From Minisyncoccota bacterium (GTDB taxonomy: Bacteria > Patescibacteriota > Minisyncoccia > Phycocordibacterales > UBA6065): 64,000 nucleotides of DNA. A program made the position numbers and the translations under genes. Of the stretch, positions 37,308 to 46,867 are shown piece by piece; position 1 is the first letter of the stretch, and the number at the start of each line of letters is the position of its first letter. The notes under the pieces were generated by a model. It did no database searches, had not been told where the DNA came from, and worked only from the letters and a program-made list of their open reading frames with translations. Where the stretch lies: positions 7,808 through 71,807 of the forward strand of contig DASWWW010000004.1 of assembly GCA_036400935.1 (NCBI GenBank), in the 5' to 3' direction.

Positions 37308-37757
37308 ATGGATAAAGGAACTGGCCCGTCTTACGGGTGGGCCGCTTCTTTTATCCATATGAAACTGAGAGAACAGAACTACGAGGGCAATGCCCTCAAA
37401 ATCAAAGGCGCCGCAATAACCTATATCGGCACGAAGAATCTCGAAGAGGAGGCAATAGCCGCCCTCGAGAGATTCGTCAATGGCGATTGGGGCACGACGG
37501 CCACAGCGGCGGCGAACGATGGCTACATCGCCAAACAGCAGGACGGCAGAGTCCTGATGGGCCAATACCCGACAACTGAAAACGGCATGAGCATTGTCAT
37601 CAACGCCGTGACGCTGAAGCCGGGCAACGGCGGGAAGATGGAGGTAAGCCAAGCGATAGTGGGCCAATCGTCCCAGATCGCCAAGGCCGAGCTCAATCTC
37701 GCGACGGGTATGACGGCCGCGGCGGCCAGCTCAACCGCAGGTAGCACTGCAGCCTAA
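37308..37757 (+). CDS. hypothetical protein
   Basis: ORF between a promoter-like AT tract and a terminator; start uncertain. Confidence 0.55.
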   Translation: MDKGTGPSYGWAASFIHMKLREQNYEGNALKIKGAAITYIGTKNLEEEAIAALERFVNGDWGTTATAAANDGYIAKQQDGRVLMGQYPTTENGMSIVINAVTLKPGNGGKMEVSQAIVGQSSQIAKAELNLATGMTAAAASSTAGSTAA

Positions 37758-37862
37758 GGCACTTTACGCCTGTCGAGGGTCGAATCGCTTGCGATTCGAC
37801 CCTTTTTTTATTTCATAAGCCAGCCCGCTTGCCACTTTTTTCAATCCTGCGATACTGGGAGT

Positions 37863-39746
37863 GTGTTTCTGATCAAAGCAATCCCGATCGCCCGAGGAGT
37901 AGGCGTAGACCTGCTCTCATACTGGAGCCCCGAGGCAGCGCCGGCCGGATCTATCATCCGCGTGCCTTTGCGCAAGAGGACCGTCGGCGCCCTCGTCGTA
38001 TCGGTCGACAGCATCCAGGACTCGAAGGCCGAGATCAAGTCTCTCGACTTCGAGATCAAGAAAATCTCGGCGCCGAGCACGCGCTCCGTCATCTCTCCCC
38101 TCTTTTTCAAGACCGCCGAGGAAACCGCGCGCTACTACGCATCGACCGTAGGCAGCGCCCTTTTCGAAATGGTGCCATCGGTCATCCTCTCTGAATACGA
38201 AAAATTGCCCGAGGCAAAAGACGTCGCCAAGAGGAAGAAATCTCGCGAATCATTCGCCCTCCAGAAAAGCGACGAGGACCGCTACGGCCACTACAAAAGC
38301 CTCGTGCGCGAGCGCTTTGCCCGCAAGGAATCCGTCTTCATGGTCATGCCAACCGTCGAGGACATAAAGAAGGCCTGCGCCTATTTCGAGAAGGGCATCG
38401 AGCCCTATACCTACATACTGCACAGCGGCCTCTCTAAAAACGAGATCGTAAAGCGCTGGAAAGCCGCCATCGAGGACAAGCACCCGATCATCATCGTGGC
38501 GACCGGCTCGTTCCTATCCCTGCCTCGTACCGACCTCGGCCTCATCATCGTCGAGCGCGAGAATTCGCGCAGCTACAAGATCCAGTCGCGGCCGTTCCTC
38601 GACTACCGCCTCGTCGCGGAGAAATTCGCCCGGGCGATCGGCGCCGACCTCATATTCGGCGACGCCTGCCTGCGCATCGAGACCCTCTGGCGCGAGGAGG
38701 AGGGCCAGCTCGTCGACTACGCGCCGCTCGCCATGCGCTCGCTCTCGACCGCCCGCGACACGCTCGTAAACATGAAGGCCTACAAGGCGACCGACCACAA
38801 GTTCCGCATCATATCGGACGAATTGATCGAGCTTATAAAAAGGAACCGCGAGGAATCGGGCCACATGTTCGTATTCGCTGGCCGCAAGGGCCTTTCGCCC
38901 CAGACCATATGCGCCGACTGCGAATCGATTCTCACCTGCAACCGCTGCAGCGCGCCGCTGATCCTCCATGGCAAAGACGAAAAGCGCTTCTTCCTCTGCA
39001 ACCGCTGCGGCAAGCGCTTTGACGCCCATACCGTCTGCAAGAGCTGCCAGAGCTGGCGCCTGACGACCCTCGGCATCGGCACGGAACGAATCGAGGAGGA
39101 AATCCTGCGAATCCTGCCAGAATCGCACGTCTTCCGCCTGGACAAGACGTCCGCGCCGACTCACAAGAAAGCCCTCGAAATCGTCGAGGCCTGGTACAAC
39201 GCGCCCGGCTCGATCCTCGTCGGCACCGAGCTCGCCCTCCTCTATCTCGATCGCCCTATCGACTACAGCGCCATAGGCTCGCTCGATGCCCTCTTCTCTA
39301 TACCCGATTTCCGCATCCACGAAAAAATCTTCTTCATCATTGCCCGCCTGCGCTCCGTCACGCAAAAGCATTTCATCCTGCAGACCCGCAACCCCGACGC
39401 GGGCGTGCTCTCGTTCGGCGCAAAGGGCAACATCATCGACTTCTACCGCGAGGAGATCGAGCAGCGACGGCAATTCGGCTTCCCTCCTTTCTCGACGTTT
39501 ATCAAAGTCTCGTACGCGGGCAAGAAAGAGGACGTCATGGGCGCCATGGAAGAGCTCAAGGTAATCCTCGCCGGCTGGACCGTCGACATCTTCCCCGCCT
39601 TCATCGCCACCGTCGACGGCGAGTACATCATGCACGCCCTCCTAAAACTAAATGCCGGCGAATGGCCTCAGCCAGAGCTTTTGGACAAGCTGCGTAGCCT
39701 GCCCCCGTCGTATGCGGTGAATATCGATCCTGAGACGATCCTCTAA
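37863..39746 (+). CDS. priA: primosomal protein N' (helicase motifs degenerate)
   Basis: N-terminal 3'-DNA-binding domain, four CxxC pairs, GIGTERIEEE, PDFR..E, RRQFGFPPF. Confidence 0.9.
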   Translation: MFLIKAIPIARGVGVDLLSYWSPEAAPAGSIIRVPLRKRTVGALVVSVDSIQDSKAEIKSLDFEIKKISAPSTRSVISPLFFKTAEETARYYASTVGSALFEMVPSVILSEYEKLPEAKDVAKRKKSRESFALQKSDEDRYGHYKSLVRERFARKESVFMVMPTVEDIKKACAYFEKGIEPYTYILHSGLSKNEIVKRWKAAIEDKHPIIIVATGSFLSLPRTDLGLIIVERENSRSYKIQSRPFLDYRLVAEKFARAIGADLIFGDACLRIETLWREEEGQLVDYAPLAMRSLSTARDTLVNMKAYKATDHKFRIISDELIELIKRNREESGHMFVFAGRKGLSPQTICADCESILTCNRCSAPLILHGKDEKRFFLCNRCGKRFDAHTVCKSCQSWRLTTLGIGTERIEEEILRILPESHVFRLDKTSAPTHKKALEIVEAWYNAPGSILVGTELALLYLDRPIDYSAIGSLDALFSIPDFRIHEKIFFIIARLRSVTQKHFILQTRNPDAGVLSFGAKGNIIDFYREEIEQRRQFGFPPFSTFIKVSYAGKKEDVMGAMEELKVILAGWTVDIFPAFIATVDGEYIMHALLKLNAGEWPQPELLDKLRSLPPSYAVNIDPETIL

Positions 39747-39788
39747 GGCATTTTTGCAATTTCCCCCATTTTATATAGACTGGTGTCA

Positions 39789-40319
39789 ATGGTAACCATA
39801 GTTACAAAGGAAAACCCCGTATTGCGTCAGATCGCCAAGCCCGTCACCCCGGACATGCTCGGTACGGCCGCGCTCAAAAAGGTGCTCAAGGACATGAAGA
39901 CCGCCCTTGCCGCCCAGGATGACGGCGTCGCTATCGCCGCTCCGCAAATCGACGTATCCCTCCGCATCTTCGTCGTATCCGGCCGCGTCTTCGAGATGCT
40001 CTACCCTGAAAAGGAGGGCGAGGAGCCAAAGAAGTATCCCGACATGGCATTCATCAATCCCGAGATCGTGAAGCTCTCGAAGGAGCGCGAGGAGATGGAG
40101 GAAGGCTGCCTCTCCGTCCGCTACCTCTATGGCAAGATTTCCCGCGCCAAGAAAGCCAAGGTCCGCGCCATGAACGAGAAGGGCGAGATCTTCGAAGTCG
40201 GCGGATCGGGCCTCCTCGCTCAGATATTCCAGCACGAGACCGACCACCTCGACGGCAAGCTTTTCATCGACAACGCCACCGACATCCACGACGTCCCTCC
40301 GCAGGCAGACAAAGAATAG
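39789..40319 (+). CDS. def: peptide deformylase
   Basis: GVAIAAPQI, EGCLS, QHETDHLDG. Confidence 0.97.
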   Translation: MVTIVTKENPVLRQIAKPVTPDMLGTAALKKVLKDMKTALAAQDDGVAIAAPQIDVSLRIFVVSGRVFEMLYPEKEGEEPKKYPDMAFINPEIVKLSKEREEMEEGCLSVRYLYGKISRAKKAKVRAMNEKGEIFEVGGSGLLAQIFQHETDHLDGKLFIDNATDIHDVPPQADKE

Positions 40320-40332
40320 GTATACTAAAGCC

Positions 40333-41196
40333 ATGATTCCAAACCCATCTATCCGATTCGCGTTCTTCGGGACACCTGACCGCGCCGTCATCGCCCTCGA
40401 CGCCCTCAAAGCTCGCGGCCTTTCGCCCGCGCTCATCATCACCCAGCCGGACCGCCCTCAGGGACGAAAGCTCGTCATGACAGCTCCCGCCGTCAAAGTC
40501 TGGGCGCAGGAAAAAGGCATCCCTTTCATCCAGCCGACCGACCTTTCCGACGCGTCTTTCCTCAAGACCCTCAAGGACGGCGATTTCGACATGTTTGTCG
40601 TCGTCGCTTACGGCAAGATCCTCAAATCGGAATTGCTCAATATCCCAAAGCACGGCTCGATCAACCTGCACGCGTCCCTCCTTCCCGCTCTCCGCGGCTC
40701 GTGCCCGATCGAGACGGCAATTCTCCAGGATCTGAAAGCGACCGGTTCGACCATCATCAAAATGGACGAAAAGATGGATCACGGCCCGATCCTCGCCCAG
40801 CGCGCTATCGCAGAGAGCAAGATTCCCCAATGGCCCCTGCCCGCTGACGACCTCGCGGCCATTCTCGTAAACGACGGCGGCGATCTCCTCGCCGACGCAA
40901 TCATCGGACTCGCCAATGGCACCATAAAGCCTGTCGAGCAGGACCATTCGAAAGCGACCTACACCAAAATGATCGAGAAAGAGGACGGCCGCATCGACCT
41001 TTCCGCCGACCCATACAAGAATTTCCTCAAATACAATGCCTACAAGGGCTGGCCGGGCTCATTCTTCTTTACCGACAAGAATGTCCGCGTGAATATCACT
41101 GATGCAGCATACGAGAACGGTGAGTTCGTCATAAAGAAAGTCATTCCCGAGGGCAAGAAAGAGATCAGCTGGAAGGAGTTTGAGAAGCAGGCATAG
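40333..41196 (+). CDS. fmt: methionyl-tRNA formyltransferase
   Basis: FFGTP, TQPDRPQGR, NLHASLLP.LRG, MDHGPI. Confidence 0.95.
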   Translation: MIPNPSIRFAFFGTPDRAVIALDALKARGLSPALIITQPDRPQGRKLVMTAPAVKVWAQEKGIPFIQPTDLSDASFLKTLKDGDFDMFVVVAYGKILKSELLNIPKHGSINLHASLLPALRGSCPIETAILQDLKATGSTIIKMDEKMDHGPILAQRAIAESKIPQWPLPADDLAAILVNDGGDLLADAIIGLANGTIKPVEQDHSKATYTKMIEKEDGRIDLSADPYKNFLKYNAYKGWPGSFFFTDKNVRVNITDAAYENGEFVIKKVIPEGKKEISWKEFEKQA

Positions 41197-41342
41197 CCTC
41201 CGAAGCCATTAGAGAAACTCCGCAGGCGAGCAGCATGGTTCCGTCAACGGTCCGTCCTTGACGGATGCGAGCCGAGGACAGAACAAAACCACCCGCAGGG
41301 GTGGTTTTGTGTGTTCGATAATGGCTTCGGAGGCTATACCTG
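41188..41342. repeat. ~155-bp element with terminal inverted repeats (MITE/REP-like)
   Basis: atagcctccgaagccatta (41193-41211) / taatggcttcggaggctat (41319-41337), with internal hairpins. Confidence 0.7.
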
Positions 41343-41345
41343 ATC

Positions 41346-41534
41346 CTACAAATCCTTCAAATAGTCATCTACAGCCTCTTTCCCTACCTGCCTTTCCGAC
41401 AGCGAATCCTGAGTGTCGAAAGCGACCGAAACCAGATAGTACAGGCTTCCCAAAAAGAGAAGGCCGACCGCGCAGAATGTAACGAGGCGCTTATTTATAT
41501 TCTCAAAACGGCTGGTATTCTCGATTGGGTTCAT
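41346..41534 (-). CDS. small single-TM protein
   Basis: 62-aa ORF directly downstream of hpf. Confidence 0.5.
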   Translation of the reverse strand: MNPIENTSRFENINKRLVTFCAVGLLFLGSLYYLVSVAFDTQDSLSERQVGKEAVDDYLKDL

Positions 41535-41543
41535 TGTTTGCTT

Positions 41544-41927
41544 TTACTGATCGCCCTTTCGCCAAGGGAGTCCCTTGAGCATGTTCTTCAGCTTGAGGCC
41601 GGAGCGTCGCACGACGTCGAGCTTCTTGGCCTTCTTGGTACGGAGCATTTCTCCGAGCTCGTCCTTCACAGCGGTCAGGGCGACGTACAGGTCCTCGCGC
41701 TCGGCCTCTACGCGCAATGTGCCGACGCCTGATCGGAAATTGATCTCAGCACGGAATATATCGCCCGATCGGTGATGATTGGTTGTCTTTGATACTTCGA
41801 CTTCGGCCAATGCGGAGGTATCGGCTGGATCGACATAGCGGGAAATAGCCTCGACAACCTTGTCTACGGCGCTGTCGATGGCAGGGGTAAGCTCAAGTCC
41901 GGTTCCTTTTACGATTTTTTGTACCAT
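41544..41927 (-). CDS. raiA: ribosome hibernation factor HPF/RaiA
   Basis: LELTPAI, HHRSGDIFRAEIN, EDLYVAL. Confidence 0.88.
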   Translation of the reverse strand: MVQKIVKGTGLELTPAIDSAVDKVVEAISRYVDPADTSALAEVEVSKTTNHHRSGDIFRAEINFRSGVGTLRVEAEREDLYVALTAVKDELGEMLRTKKAKKLDVVRRSGLKLKNMLKGLPWRKGDQ

Positions 41928-41962
41928 AAGTGGATGTATTAAACCTTCCTAATTAGTATACG

Positions 41963-42388
41963 CTATTTGACCCTCCTGTTTAAGTAGGTGATGGTGAGCT
42001 GAAGTGCCGTCGCAAAGCAGACCCATAGCACGTATGGGATCTGGATGTATGCCACCCAAGGAGCGTGCGGGTATATGGCGATTGCGGCCCAAATCAGCGT
42101 GCCAAGGACGAGCAAGATGTCGATCGAAGCCAGGAAATTGCTCTTCAGCTTGAACTGAATCGGTGTAAAGGCGAAATTGAAGACGATATTGAGCACGAAC
42201 GGCAAGACTACGACGAGCGGCAGCATGTCGGCAATGCCCTTCCAGAAGACCCAGCCGAACGATATGGCAATCAGCACATATAGGAAAGCCCACACGGGCC
42301 CGAACAGCCACGAAGGCGGCGCCCATTCCGGCTTATCAAGGATCGCGTACCAGTCTTTCTCGTCGTTTCTGTGATGGTGGACTTTCAT
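41963..42388 (-). CDS. tspO: TspO/MBR family protein
   Basis: WY..LDKPEWAPPSWLFGPVW..LY, PYVLWVCFAT.L. Confidence 0.93.
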   Translation of the reverse strand: MKVHHHRNDEKDWYAILDKPEWAPPSWLFGPVWAFLYVLIAISFGWVFWKGIADMLPLVVVLPFVLNIVFNFAFTPIQFKLKSNFLASIDILLVLGTLIWAAIAIYPHAPWVAYIQIPYVLWVCFATALQLTITYLNRRVK

Positions 42389-42456
42389 AAATGATGTGCC
42401 GCACATGCGGTCGAAATAATTACACTGCGGTCACGGCATAAAGTATAATAAAAAGC

Positions 42457-42849
42457 ATGAAAAGAAACACGTATATCATTGGCGGTGCGATACTCGTCCT
42501 AGCGGCGGCATTCAGTGCCTATTCCCTCATGCGGGAGCCTGATGTAGCGGCGCCCGTAGCGGCAAACACAGACGGCGCGAAATTCTCGGGCAAGATAACC
42601 GCGGTCGAGACGGGCTGCTATTACGACGCGACCTGCAGCGTGACTATCGGCGGCAAGAAGGTCATCGTCACCACGGGCGGGCGCGGACCATGGCAGGAAA
42701 AGCCGGTGGGCCGCATCCTCGGCGCGGACTCCATCGGCGACCTCGAGTCGCGCATCGGCGACAGGGCGAACGTCTATGCCACCACGACCGAGACTGGCGA
42801 CTACACCCTCTACGGCGACACGAATTTCTATATCGAAGTCGAAAAGTAG
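42457..42849 (+). CDS. exported hypothetical protein
   Basis: Signal/TM anchor; GCYYDATC cysteine pair. Confidence 0.7.
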   Translation: MKRNTYIIGGAILVLAAAFSAYSLMREPDVAAPVAANTDGAKFSGKITAVETGCYYDATCSVTIGGKKVIVTTGGRGPWQEKPVGRILGADSIGDLESRIGDRANVYATTTETGDYTLYGDTNFYIEVEK

Positions 42850-42867
42850 CCTGCCTCGCAGCAAGCG

Positions 42868-42897
42868 AAAAGCCCGCCTTACGGCGGGCTTTTTTTT
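42868..42897. terminator. bidirectional terminator
   Basis: aaaagcccgcc-ttac-ggcgggcttttt. Confidence 0.8.
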
Positions 42898-42901
42898 GAT
42901 C

Positions 42902-43300
42902 CTACAAAACCGCGGCTCTCAAAGCCGGAATGATGCCTTCCTGATGGAAACCAAGCTTAATTTTTTCAATTTCACCAATAGTCATCCAGCTCATTGCCAG
43001 ACCCTCCTGCAATTTTGGATCCTGACCGGCAGCAATCTTACAGAGATAAACCTTTAATGGGTAAGGACCGTCACTGTAGTCCATCAGGTAGAAGCATTGA
43101 TCGGGCTTCAGATCAATATCATATTCCTCCTTTACTTCCCGAAGCAGGGTAGCCTCATAGCTTTCACCCTTTTCACTTCCTCCTCCCGGCAGGCACCACA
43201 TAAACGGAAATCTGGCGCAATTCCCGTCACGCTGTTGCATAAGAACCTTATTGTCTCGAATCAGTGCGAATACGACTCCTGTTTCTTCCATAATTTCCAA
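42902..43300 (-). CDS. NUDIX hydrolase
   Basis: PGGGSEKGESYEATLLREVKEE Nudix box. Confidence 0.9.
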   Translation of the reverse strand: MEIMEETGVVFALIRDNKVLMQQRDGNCARFPFMWCLPGGGSEKGESYEATLLREVKEEYDIDLKPDQCFYLMDYSDGPYPLKVYLCKIAAGQDPKLQEGLAMSWMTIGEIEKIKLGFHQEGIIPALRAAVL

Positions 43301-43310
43301 AACTTTTAAG

Positions 43311-44105
43311 TTACTCGCGAATCCATCCTCCCAGCCATGTCAGCGGAAATGCCGTAACCGCAATGGCAATCGGATACCAGTGCTGCGAGAGATTCCATCC
43401 GTAAAAGACACCAGCGATGCCGGCAACCGTACCGATGGACGCGAGAATCACGACATTGTGTCGAGCGTGCTGCGATGAGGGCCGCGCTGTAACATATCCG
43501 CCCAATACGGTGTATACGCAACGGTATGCCAGCGCGAGAGCGAGCATCCATGTGATGAAAAGCCCCTCGCCTGGAGCCGGGAATACGCCGACTTTCTCGA
43601 GAGCCATGTCAGTGACAGTAGAAAGGAGCGCGACAGTAACGAATCCCGCGAATACGGCGCCCGCAGACTTGAGGACCACTTTCATTCCCCCGCCATTCGA
43701 TTCTGCATACGACTTGAAATTGTCGAGAATGGCCTGCCAGCCCGCCTTCTGCATTTCCGCAGGATTGACCTTCTCGGGATCGAACGTCTCGACAATAGCC
43801 ACGCCATCCTCCTCGTCGATAAAGTCTATGCGCGCCATGCGGCCGTCGTCCATGCGGTACTCGATCTTGCTGAATTGCTCGATAGTCGTGTACGTGCCGC
43901 CAAAATCGAATCCCGCGCTGCCGTCCTTGGCCTCCATGCGGCTCGTGAACCTGCCGCCGATCTTCAGATTGTTGATCGCCCGAGGGGTGTGCCAGTCCGG
44001 CGACGCGTTATTCCACTTTTCAATATGCTTTGCCTCCGTCCAGAACGCCCAGACCTTTTCGATCGGGGCCTTTACCTTGGTCTCTACCGTTATTTTTTGA
44101 TTCAT
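43311..44105 (-). CDS. SRPBCC/AHSA1 domain fused to a four-TM domain
   Basis: APIEKVW..WT, MEAKDGSAGFDF.G, QKAGWQAILDNFK, then a hydrophobic C-terminal domain. Confidence 0.85.
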   Translation of the reverse strand: MNQKITVETKVKAPIEKVWAFWTEAKHIEKWNNASPDWHTPRAINNLKIGGRFTSRMEAKDGSAGFDFGGTYTTIEQFSKIEYRMDDGRMARIDFIDEEDGVAIVETFDPEKVNPAEMQKAGWQAILDNFKSYAESNGGGMKVVLKSAGAVFAGFVTVALLSTVTDMALEKVGVFPAPGEGLFITWMLALALAYRCVYTVLGGYVTARPSSQHARHNVVILASIGTVAGIAGVFYGWNLSQHWYPIAIAVTAFPLTWLGGWIRE

Positions 44106-44149
44106 ATATGTGTACGAATAAGTCTATTTCATCTTTCAGCCTTTGGCCA

Positions 44150-46732
44150 CTAATTGCGGGCGCGGTACACCTTCTTGCCGATCTCGATTAGCCCAATATT
44201 GACGAGGCCGAGAGCGATAACCGCAACGGCCCACTCCCACGGCAGCGCGACGGTGCCGAACAGCTTCTGAAGGAATGGCACATATATGGCGATCGCCATG
44301 AGGATAAGCCCTCCGCCGATTCCTGCGAGCAGGAACGGATTTGAGAAGAACGGATACGAGAATATGCTGCGCTCTAGGCTGCGGACCGGCAGCGCCACAA
44401 AGAGCGTGTAGCTACCGAATGCCGCGAATATGAAAGTCCTGACCAGGTCGCCATCGAAGCCGAGGCGCAGGAGAAGCCAGTACAGGACAAAGAGGAGCGC
44501 GCTCGTCGAGAGGCCGATAGTAAGGATGAGCGAACGCATCAAAGGATCGAAAAGGCTCTGGCTCGGCTTGCGAGGCCTCGCGGAAAGCACATGCTTCTCC
44601 TTTTCGAATGCGAAGGCGATCGCCGGGAAGCTGTCCGAAAAGAAATTGACCCACAGGATCTGAAGAGCGTTCAGCGGCAATGGCAGACCGACGACGAGCG
44701 ATCCGCCGATAAGTATCAGTCCGTCGGTGACGTTTGAAAGCAGGTAGACGAGCACCTTTCGGATATTGCCCATGATCTGCCTGCCCTCCTCTACCGCCGC
44801 CACGATCGTCTCGTAGTTATCGTCGAGCAGAACGAGGTCGGCGACGCTGCGTGACACCTCGGTGCCCGACCCCATGGCGATGCCGACATCGGCGCGCTTG
44901 ATAGCCGGCGCATCATTCACGCCGTCGCCCGTCATGGCCACGATCTCGCCCGCCTTTTGGTACAGCTCGACTATGCGCAATTTATCGAAAGGGGTGACGC
45001 GCGATATGACCTGCAGTTTCGGCAGGCGCTCCTTGAGCTCGGCCTCCGAAAGGAGCACGAGCTCCGACGCGTCGAGAGCGGAGCCCTCGGGCACCTCGAG
45101 GCCGACTTCCCGCGCGATAGCCTGGGCGGTACCGCGATGATCGCCCGTCATGACGATGGTGCGAATGCCGGCGCGTGTGACGCGGCCGACCGCATCCCGT
45201 ACGCCCGGACGGACAGGGTCATGGAATGAGATGAGACCGTCCATAACCACGCTTTCGAGCCCTATGCTGCTCCCGCTCTCCTTGTTGGCACACGGCGCGT
45301 GAGCCACGCCCAATATGCGCCTGCCCGTAGAGGCCATGGAGTGAATCTTTTCAGAGATCTCACGGCGCTCCGCCACAGGCAGAGTGGAATGGGCAAGCAA
45401 AATGTCCGGAGCGCCGAAGAATACGGCAATATCGCCGCCCTTCTCGCGCAAGACGGCGGCAGAATATTTCTGGACCGCATTGAAAGGAGCGGTTCTAACG
45501 GTATCTTTCGGATCGATATCGGTAACCCTTATTCCACGGGCAGCAGCTCCATGAACGAGGGCGGTCTCCATGATCCTGCCCGTGAGCTTCCATTCGGCAG
45601 GCTCGGCCTTTGGATTCTCGACGGCGACCGTCGAGCAAGCGAGCCCGCGGCGCAATACGTCCGCCTCGTTCGGCTTGCCCAGAGGCATGACGTCGGTCAA
45701 TTCCATACGGGCGGCAGTGAGCGTGCCCGTCTTGTCGGTGAGGATGACTGTAGTGCTGCCCAAAGCCTCGGCCGCGACGAGCTTCCTGACGACGCCCTTC
45801 CTCTTGGCCATGCGCTGGACTCCGACGGACAGGATGACGGTGAGGGCAACCGGCAAGCCCTCAGGGATCGCAGAGACGGCGATCGCAACCGACGTCAGAA
45901 ACATGTCGACGAACGAATAGCCAACAGCGATGCCGACGCCAAAGACGACCACGGTCAGGGCGCCCAGTACCGCGCTCGCTTTCACGCTGAACGACTTGAT
46001 CGCCTTCTGAAGAGGGGTCTCCTCGCGCTCTGTCGACGCGATAGCTTCGGCGATCTTTCCAAATTCGGTCGCCTTGCCCGTGCTGCACGCCACGACGACG
46101 CAGACGCCTTGGGTAACGAGCGTTCCTGCGAATGCCATCGACTCGCGATCGCCGAGCACCGCGGCCGCCGAGACTGCCTCAGCTGATTTGGATGCTGGCA
46201 AGGACTCTCCCGTAAGCACCGCTTCGTCTATCTGAAGGTCGCTCGCCGAAACGATGCGCGAGTCAGCGGGCACGCGGTCGCCCTGCGAGAGCTTGATGAT
46301 ATCGCCCGGCACAACGTCCTCGGAATCGATCTCACGCTCGACGCCCCCACGGACCACGCGCGAGCGCTGCTTGAGGTACGCGTCGAGGGCAGCCAATGCC
46401 TGCTCTGCCTTGTCCTCCTGATAGAAGCCCAGCAAGGCGTTCACCGCTACCGCGATAAAAATAAAGGCAGCGTCCCTGTAATGCGCGATCGCGATAGTTA
46501 CGCCCGTAGCCGCAATGAGCACGAGGATGAGTGGGCTCGTGAACTGGCGCAGGAAAATCTTCAACCGCGAAGCGCGTCGAGGAGCCTCGATGCGGTTCTT
46601 GCCTACTTCCGCCAAGCGCTGTACCGCTTCGACGTCCGAAAGCCCGCCCTGAATATCCGTGCCAAGCCCGGTCACGACCTCGTCTGCCGGCAAGGACCAG
46701 ACCGCAGAATTTTCAAAAGGGTTGATTTTCAT
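44150..46732 (-). CDS. P-type cation-transporting ATPase (type II, Ca2+-like)
   Basis: TGES, PEGL, DKTGTLT, TGDGVNDAP. Confidence 0.96.
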   Translation of the reverse strand: MKINPFENSAVWSLPADEVVTGLGTDIQGGLSDVEAVQRLAEVGKNRIEAPRRASRLKIFLRQFTSPLILVLIAATGVTIAIAHYRDAAFIFIAVAVNALLGFYQEDKAEQALAALDAYLKQRSRVVRGGVEREIDSEDVVPGDIIKLSQGDRVPADSRIVSASDLQIDEAVLTGESLPASKSAEAVSAAAVLGDRESMAFAGTLVTQGVCVVVACSTGKATEFGKIAEAIASTEREETPLQKAIKSFSVKASAVLGALTVVVFGVGIAVGYSFVDMFLTSVAIAVSAIPEGLPVALTVILSVGVQRMAKRKGVVRKLVAAEALGSTTVILTDKTGTLTAARMELTDVMPLGKPNEADVLRRGLACSTVAVENPKAEPAEWKLTGRIMETALVHGAAARGIRVTDIDPKDTVRTAPFNAVQKYSAAVLREKGGDIAVFFGAPDILLAHSTLPVAERREISEKIHSMASTGRRILGVAHAPCANKESGSSIGLESVVMDGLISFHDPVRPGVRDAVGRVTRAGIRTIVMTGDHRGTAQAIAREVGLEVPEGSALDASELVLLSEAELKERLPKLQVISRVTPFDKLRIVELYQKAGEIVAMTGDGVNDAPAIKRADVGIAMGSGTEVSRSVADLVLLDDNYETIVAAVEEGRQIMGNIRKVLVYLLSNVTDGLILIGGSLVVGLPLPLNALQILWVNFFSDSFPAIAFAFEKEKHVLSARPRKPSQSLFDPLMRSLILTIGLSTSALLFVLYWLLLRLGFDGDLVRTFIFAAFGSYTLFVALPVRSLERSIFSYPFFSNPFLLAGIGGGLILMAIAIYVPFLQKLFGTVALPWEWAVAVIALGLVNIGLIEIGKKVYRARN

Positions 46733-46867
46733 ATATAGGCCCAATTTTATCACTTAACTTCGATGTAAGTAACCTTGATTTAATATCGTCTTAACAATCG
46801 GTGCATCCCCCGCGACCAAACTTTTCTGAGACGCCATTACTACCGGACACGATCACTATGAACGAGC

